A stretch of DNA of 64,000 nt from Candidatus Heimdallarchaeota archaeon (lineage in GTDB: Archaea; Asgardarchaeota; Heimdallarchaeia; JABLTI01). The stretch lies in NCBI GenBank assembly GCA_019058275.1, contig JAHLVW010000047.1:1-64000 (forward strand), read 5' to 3'. A model generated the notes under the pieces. It worked only from the letters and a program-made list of their open reading frames with translations. It did no database searches and was not told the origin of the DNA. The position numbers and the translations under genes are program-made. This document shows positions 59,438 through 64,000 of the stretch, one piece after another. The first letter of the stretch is position 1. The number at the start of each line of letters is the position of its first letter.

Positions 59438-59617
59438 ATGTCATTACACAAATGTCAAAAATGTGGAACATACACAATGAAGGATTTTTGTTCAAAGTGT
59501 AATGAAGAAGCAAGATCCCCTGCTCCAGCAAAGTTCTCTATTGAACATGCCAAAAAATACGGAAAATACAGACGAGAATTAATAAGGCGAGCTAAAGAAG
59601 AACAGAAGAAAAAATAG
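59438..59617 (+). CDS. nop10: H/ACA RNP protein Nop10 (59 aa)
   Basis: Manual translation MSLHKCQKCGTYTMKDFCSKC...PAPAKFS...YGKYRR; canonical position after aIF2alpha. Not in the ORF track. Confidence 0.92.
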   Translation: MSLHKCQKCGTYTMKDFCSKCNEEARSPAPAKFSIEHAKKYGKYRRELIRRAKEEQKKK

Positions 59618-59640
59618 TGACCATCTTTTCTTTTTGGATT

Positions 59641-59663
59641 TGGAACACTTTCTGGAATTTAAC
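59641..59663 (-). repeat. degenerate copy of the tRNA-Gly 3' end (att-like remnant)
   Basis: tggaacactttctggaattt vs tggtgcacctcccgggattt (61691-61710): 14/20 identical, five of the six mismatches are transitions. Confidence 0.45.
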
Positions 59664-59834
59664 GACAAACGAGGTCGACTCAATTATTAATTTTCTATTT
59701 TCTATCAAAACCAGACATGCACAACTGACAGATTTTAATCATTAAAAAGATTAAAAAGATGTGTTAGAGTTTATTGACTTTGTATATAATTGATGGGTTT
59801 TCAAAATATGAATCTAACTTAGGTTGTATTAAAA

Positions 59835-61481
59835 ATGGATTTGGAAACTGATATCCTTATTATTGGTGGTGGTAGTGCAGGATGTATGGCTGCAATTGTA
59901 GCTAAAGAACAAAATCCTAATGTTGATGTTTTAATTATTGAAAAGGGTGAAATTCATAGAAGCGGCTCAATAGCTATGGGAATGGATGCATTAAATATAG
60001 TAGTTCAACCTGGGAAAGCTTCTTCAGAAACATATGTCGAATCTGCTCGTATTGCAGCAGGTGGTATTTTAGACCCAAAACTAAGTTATGTTCTAGCAGA
60101 GAATAGTTTCTCAATGTTAAAACGTCTGGAAGATTGGGGAGTTCGATTCCCTCGAAATGATGATGGTGAATATATAACATTGCAAGTTCATGCAAAAGGA
60201 GCATTTATGGTGGAAATGGATGCTCCAGACCTTAAAGTTATTCTTGCGCAAAAAGTTGAGGAAGTAGGCGTACGAGTAATTAACCGTGTAATAATTACCA
60301 ACCTTCTTGTTTCTAAAAGACGAGTAACTGGTGCTATAGGATTCAACTATCGAACTGGTGAATTTACTGTCTGCTCTGCTAAAGCTACTATTCTTGCAAA
60401 TGGAGGTTGTGCTCGATTTTCTCTTCCAAACTCCGGTTACTTATATGGTATATTTGATTATCCAGGGAATGCTGGTGATGGTTATTCAATGGCTTTTCGA
60501 GCTGGTGCCAAACTCACTGGGTTTGAGTGTCCCCAAAGCTCTCCACTTATCAAAGACTTTAATTGTCCACTACTCTATATAACACTCACTCGGGGGGCAG
60601 AAGTAATCAATGCATTTGGTGATAAGATTGTTCTCGAATACTTATCCACTCAAACTATGCTGAAAGAACTACATGAAGGAAGAGGACCAATATTCATCAA
60701 AATGAACCATCTGCCGGAGGAGAAGATTCAAGATATTGAACGGATTCTTTTCACAACTGAACGACCTACTCAGAAAAAATTCTGGGAAGGACGAGGTATA
60801 GATTTTAGAGAAGGAATGATTGAATTAGGAGAAACAGAATTTCAACTCTGTGGGGGACATGGAATTACTGGAATTCTTGTGAATGAGAAAGCGGAAACTT
60901 CACTTAAGAATCTTTACGCTGTTGGGGATGTAGCAAGTGTACCAATGCAACATTTATCTGGAGCTTTTGTTTTTGGGGAAATTGCTGGAAAGAATGCTGC
61001 TACATTAGTTAGAAAAACTCAAAGACAAGAGTTGGATAAATCATTCATTAAAGCTGAAGAAAAACGAATATTCAAAATGTTTGATGAAAAAGGTGAAGGA
61101 ACAGATATTACTCCAACTGAACTTGAATATAAGGTTCGACGTATGATAAGTGACTATGTTGTTCCTCCGAAAAATGAACGCAAATTACAAGAAGCCTTAT
61201 GGTGGATCCAAAGATTTCGTAATGATTTGAAAACTATAAAAGCAAAGGACTATCATGAGTTAAGCCGATTAGAAGAAGTACGGTTTATTCTTGATTGTGC
61301 AGAACTTTCAACAACAGCTTCATTAGAACGAAAAGAGAGTCGTTGGGGTTGGTTCCATTATCGAACTGATTATCCAGAACAAGATGATAAGAATTGGTTA
61401 TCCCGAATTATACTCGAGAAAGATGGAGAGTCAGGAGAGATAAAAGTAGCCTTACAACCAGTAGATAATAGAGGATTGTAA
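59835..61481 (+). CDS. FAD flavoprotein of the SdhA/FrdA/AprA superfamily (AprA/AsfA-like)
   Basis: GGGSAG, RSGSIAMGMDALN, N.GDG..MAFRAGA, CGGHG..G, LYAVGD and ERKESRWG..HYR.DYP. Confidence 0.85.
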   Translation: MDLETDILIIGGGSAGCMAAIVAKEQNPNVDVLIIEKGEIHRSGSIAMGMDALNIVVQPGKASSETYVESARIAAGGILDPKLSYVLAENSFSMLKRLEDWGVRFPRNDDGEYITLQVHAKGAFMVEMDAPDLKVILAQKVEEVGVRVINRVIITNLLVSKRRVTGAIGFNYRTGEFTVCSAKATILANGGCARFSLPNSGYLYGIFDYPGNAGDGYSMAFRAGAKLTGFECPQSSPLIKDFNCPLLYITLTRGAEVINAFGDKIVLEYLSTQTMLKELHEGRGPIFIKMNHLPEEKIQDIERILFTTERPTQKKFWEGRGIDFREGMIELGETEFQLCGGHGITGILVNEKAETSLKNLYAVGDVASVPMQHLSGAFVFGEIAGKNAATLVRKTQRQELDKSFIKAEEKRIFKMFDEKGEGTDITPTELEYKVRRMISDYVVPPKNERKLQEALWWIQRFRNDLKTIKAKDYHELSRLEEVRFILDCAELSTTASLERKESRWGWFHYRTDYPEQDDKNWLSRIILEKDGESGEIKVALQPVDNRGL

Positions 61482-61482
61482 A

Positions 61483-61677
61483 ATGCCATTAAAAATAGAC
61501 ATTAAACGTTGCACTAGCTGTGGAATTTGTATGGATCGCTGCCCTATGGATATTATAAGATTGAATGAAGAAGGAATACCATTTCAACTGTATGATGAAT
61601 GTTGGTCTTGTGGAGTTTGTGAAGAGGATTGCCCTGAAAAAGCATTAACATTAATATTACCATATTTAGTGAGATGA
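61483..61677 (+). CDS. 2x[4Fe-4S] ferredoxin (AprB/AsfB-like)
   Basis: CTSCGICMDRCP and CWSCGVCEEDCP; ends in LPYLVR; 1 nt after the flavoprotein stop. Confidence 0.9.
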   Translation: MPLKIDIKRCTSCGICMDRCPMDIIRLNEEGIPFQLYDECWSCGVCEEDCPEKALTLILPYLVR

Positions 61678-61690
61678 ATTGCCTAAAAAG

Positions 61691-61766
61691 TGGTGCACCT
61701 CCCGGGATTTGAACCCGGGTTCCGACCTTGGGAGGGTCGAGTCTTACCAGGCTGGACCAGAGGTGC
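61691..61766 (-). tRNA. trnG: tRNA-Gly(CCC), CCA encoded
   Basis: Acceptor stem GCACCTC/GAGGTGC, CGACC-CT-CCC-AA-GGTCG anticodon arm, CCGGG-TTCAAAT-CCCGG T arm, ACCA end. Confidence 0.96.
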
Positions 61767-61922
61767 AAATAATATACGCGAACTTTCTACTCAAAATCTT
61801 CATCATGTTTTTCAGAAGGGCCAGAGCGATCATCGTTCGCGTAATAAAGAATTCGTTTTCTATAGCAAAAAAAGTTTTCGAGAAGTACGTATAGTAAATA
61901 AATTAATAGTATTATTTCTTCT

Positions 61923-62624
61923 TTAATTCCTTTCTTTCAACCTTTTTTGAACTACCTCACTTGTTAATTCTCTTATTGCGTCTGAAGCTATCCATTTGGC
62001 ACTTTTGGATTCAAAAACATTGATTTCATATGCTGTTTTTAGAACCTTCTCGTTCAAGTATAGATTTCGTTTGCCAATTTGACGTAAAGCCCAATTTACT
62101 GCTTTCTTAACCATATTCCTTTCATCATTTGCTTCCCTTTTGATTATTTGTAAGAATTTAATCAATTCATCTTCGTCAGCGTTTTTATCAAATGCTGTTA
62201 TAAAAGCCATGATAGCAAATCCTGCTCGTTTTACATACTCCTCTTCCCTTTTAGTCCAATCATAACATTTCTGATAAGCAAATTGTGTTTTTCTAAATAG
62301 GTTCATACAACATTGATCACAAATCTCCCAATAATCAAATTCCTTTACCCATACTTCCATTTGTTCTTCAGTAATTAGTTTTGGGTCCTCAATCATACAA
62401 GCTAAAATCCTTGTCTCTCGAGTATCATTTTTCCATAATTTTTTTGCTAATTTAGAATTATATCCTGCTTCTTTAGCTATAGAACGTAGTACAGGGATTT
62501 TCACACCATAGTCTCTATCTGGAGTAATTCCAACTTTAGCCATTCCAGAAATAGCTGAAACATCAGCATTTTCTTTCAATTTCTGGATTATATCATTATA
62601 TGTTAAGATTCTTTTTTCTTTCAT
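61923..62624 (-). CDS. DNA alkylation repair protein (AlkD-like HEAT repeat)
   Basis: GVKIPVLR.IAK, RETRILA, WEICD and DERNMVKKAVNWALRQIGKRN. ATG 62624 preferred over the tracked 62711. Confidence 0.88.
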   Translation of the reverse strand: MKEKRILTYNDIIQKLKENADVSAISGMAKVGITPDRDYGVKIPVLRSIAKEAGYNSKLAKKLWKNDTRETRILACMIEDPKLITEEQMEVWVKEFDYWEICDQCCMNLFRKTQFAYQKCYDWTKREEEYVKRAGFAIMAFITAFDKNADEDELIKFLQIIKREANDERNMVKKAVNWALRQIGKRNLYLNEKVLKTAYEINVFESKSAKWIASDAIRELTSEVVQKRLKERN

Positions 62625-62685
62625 AAAATCCCCAGGAAAAAATCTTGGTAAAATAGTAATAAAAGGAAAATTAAAAGAAAAAAAA

Positions 62686-63051
62686 TTAATCTTCCTCTGC
62701 GCTTTCTTCAATAAATTTATTCAAAATTGTTTGAGCATCAGGAAAAGATTCATCTTCAATTTTTTCCATCGTTCCTGCTCTCCCTATTGATAGTTGCGGT
62801 TTTCCTTGCCAAACGTTACAATAACCTTCTTGAATCTCAAGCAAATCACCAAAGCTAGCATCATTGATTTTGCTGCCCCAAAGACTTAGTGTAACTGTGC
62901 CTGTTTCATCGCCAACTTTGAAATCACAAACACGTGAACGACCATATTTGGTATTAACTGATCTGGGTTCGTTCTTTGCTATAACTCTAACTCTGATATT
63001 AATACCTGGTTGCTTCACAGCTTGGAGATCCTTTACTTTTATGAATGTCAT
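62686..63051 (-). CDS. ssb: single OB-fold ssDNA-binding protein (crenarchaeal SSB / NABP-like)
   Basis: VKDL...N.RVRV...V.TK.G...V....VGDETG...L.LWG...G....W.G..QL.IGR.G; acidic tail. Confidence 0.85.
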   Translation of the reverse strand: MTFIKVKDLQAVKQPGINIRVRVIAKNEPRSVNTKYGRSRVCDFKVGDETGTVTLSLWGSKINDASFGDLLEIQEGYCNVWQGKPQLSIGRAGTMEKIEDESFPDAQTILNKFIEESAEED

Positions 63052-63242
63052 TTATAGACCTCTTAGATTATTATTATTACATTGAGATACTTTATTCGTA
63101 GACTTTCTTTTATTAGTATATTTCTGAAAAAAAAGTCTTTTTTGAGTATTTTTTAATAAACTAAGTTAAGGTTATAACTTGGAAAGTAAGCATTAGTTTT
63201 TTAAGAAACAAGTTATCTAATATCTAGAGGAGTTTACTAAAA

Positions 63243-63758
63243 ATGACTAAAAAACACCCATCAATTGAACATGAGTTTTCAGCTATTTGGATGGATGATT
63301 TTGCTGATATAATTAAAGATGCAGTGGATTTCAAAAAACAAGCTCAAGTAAATGGTTTCGATTTATCTATAAAAGAAATATTCTCTTTCAAAGGTGAAGG
63401 AGCAATAGATTTTGATAACTCAAAAAGAGTCTTACCTGAGTACGAACCTCTTGAATTGGTTGATAGAGAATACTGGCAACTAGAACCTGGTTCTTATGTT
63501 ATTCGGTACAATGAAATTGTTAGTGTGCCACTGAATGCTGTTGGTATAATTCAGTCGCGAAGCACAATGCTAAGAATGGGTGCAATGATGGTTGGAGCTT
63601 GGTGGGATTCAGGATATTCCGGACGAGGACAAGGACTCCTTATTGCAAATAGACCAATTAAGGTTTATAAGAATGCAAGAGTAGCTCAAATTGTTTTTAT
63701 TCTAACCAAAAAAGCAGATAAAGGTTATGAGGGCAAATACCAAAACGAGGCCAAATGA
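63243..63758 (+). CDS. dut: archaeal dUTPase (dCTP deaminase/dUTPase family)
   Basis: NGFDL, SRST.LRMG, WDSGY.GR, ARVAQ and Y.GKYQ. Confidence 0.88.
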   Translation: MTKKHPSIEHEFSAIWMDDFADIIKDAVDFKKQAQVNGFDLSIKEIFSFKGEGAIDFDNSKRVLPEYEPLELVDREYWQLEPGSYVIRYNEIVSVPLNAVGIIQSRSTMLRMGAMMVGAWWDSGYSGRGQGLLIANRPIKVYKNARVAQIVFILTKKADKGYEGKYQNEAK

Positions 63759-64000
63759 CCTTTTTTTTGTTTTTTATATTTTTTTTACAGTTTGACAAGC
63801 TTTAAATACTACTTAATATCATAATGGGTTGGAGGTCTGACTTCAGTTAGAGGTCTTACCTCAATATATTCTAAAATTTCTACCTTTGATTTGAATTATA
63901 GTTATTGTAACAGACAGGAGAAAAGGCAATGTTACAATTTAAAGGTTGAAATACTAAATGTTTTGCAAATGGAAAGATCGCAAAAAAGGCGATAAAGAAA

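Noticed and set aside
1794-60582. Numerous antisense or nested tracked ORFs (e.g. 5505-5930, 10565-11011, 35715-36080, 38061-38462, 51305-51931)
   Set aside because: Shadow frames of well-supported genes; no motifs of their own.
59835-61677. Bona fide dissimilatory APS reductase implying sulfate reduction
   Set aside because: The flavoprotein (548 aa) is shorter than typical AprA, the ferredoxin lacks the AprB C-terminal tail, and no sat or qmo genes are adjacent.
61553-61926. Short tracked ORFs overlapping tRNA-Gly (and 26431-26664 overlapping tRNA-Trp)
   Set aside because: Spurious frames across tRNA genes.
1-64000. CRISPR arrays, IS elements, integrases, rRNA
   Set aside because: No regularly spaced direct repeats, transposase or recombinase motifs, or long GC-rich RNA-like tracts were seen.
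63929-64000. Start of a gene at the right edge
   Set aside because: Several ATGs in different frames, two closing quickly; too little sequence to call.

Overview
AT-rich archaeal chromosomal segment, most consistent with an Asgard archaeon (probably Heimdallarchaeia-like; inferred from the archaeal information genes plus longin-like and Rab-like domains and a eukaryote-like STT3). It carries core genes (ino1 5' end, adkA, aIF1A-rio1-dim2, top6B/top6A, alaX, trmJ, aglB, rpo10, asnS, pyk, tdh/kbl, aIF2alpha-nop10, ssb, dut), tRNA-Trp(CCA) with a 67-nt intron and tRNA-Gly(CCC), interspersed with accessory enzymes and transporters. No CRISPR array, transposase or integrase was seen. Best candidates for something new: (i) a 7TM-longin-SAM methyltransferase fusion next to its stand-alone paralogue; (ii) an ODR-4-like MPN-fold protein about 2 kb away; (iii) a Rab-like pseudo-GTPase with a Cys-rich domain, upstream of a long coiled-coil protein; (iv) a two-ORF locus (84 aa plus an unannotated 26 aa peptide) whose leader has mutually exclusive local and long-range pairings around the ribosome-binding site; (v) two tRNA-anchored islets with eroded tRNA 3'-end copies, namely a chimeric LVIVD gene array and an AprAB/AsfAB-like pair. 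All family assignments come from motifs recognised by eye; no searches or folding programs were run.
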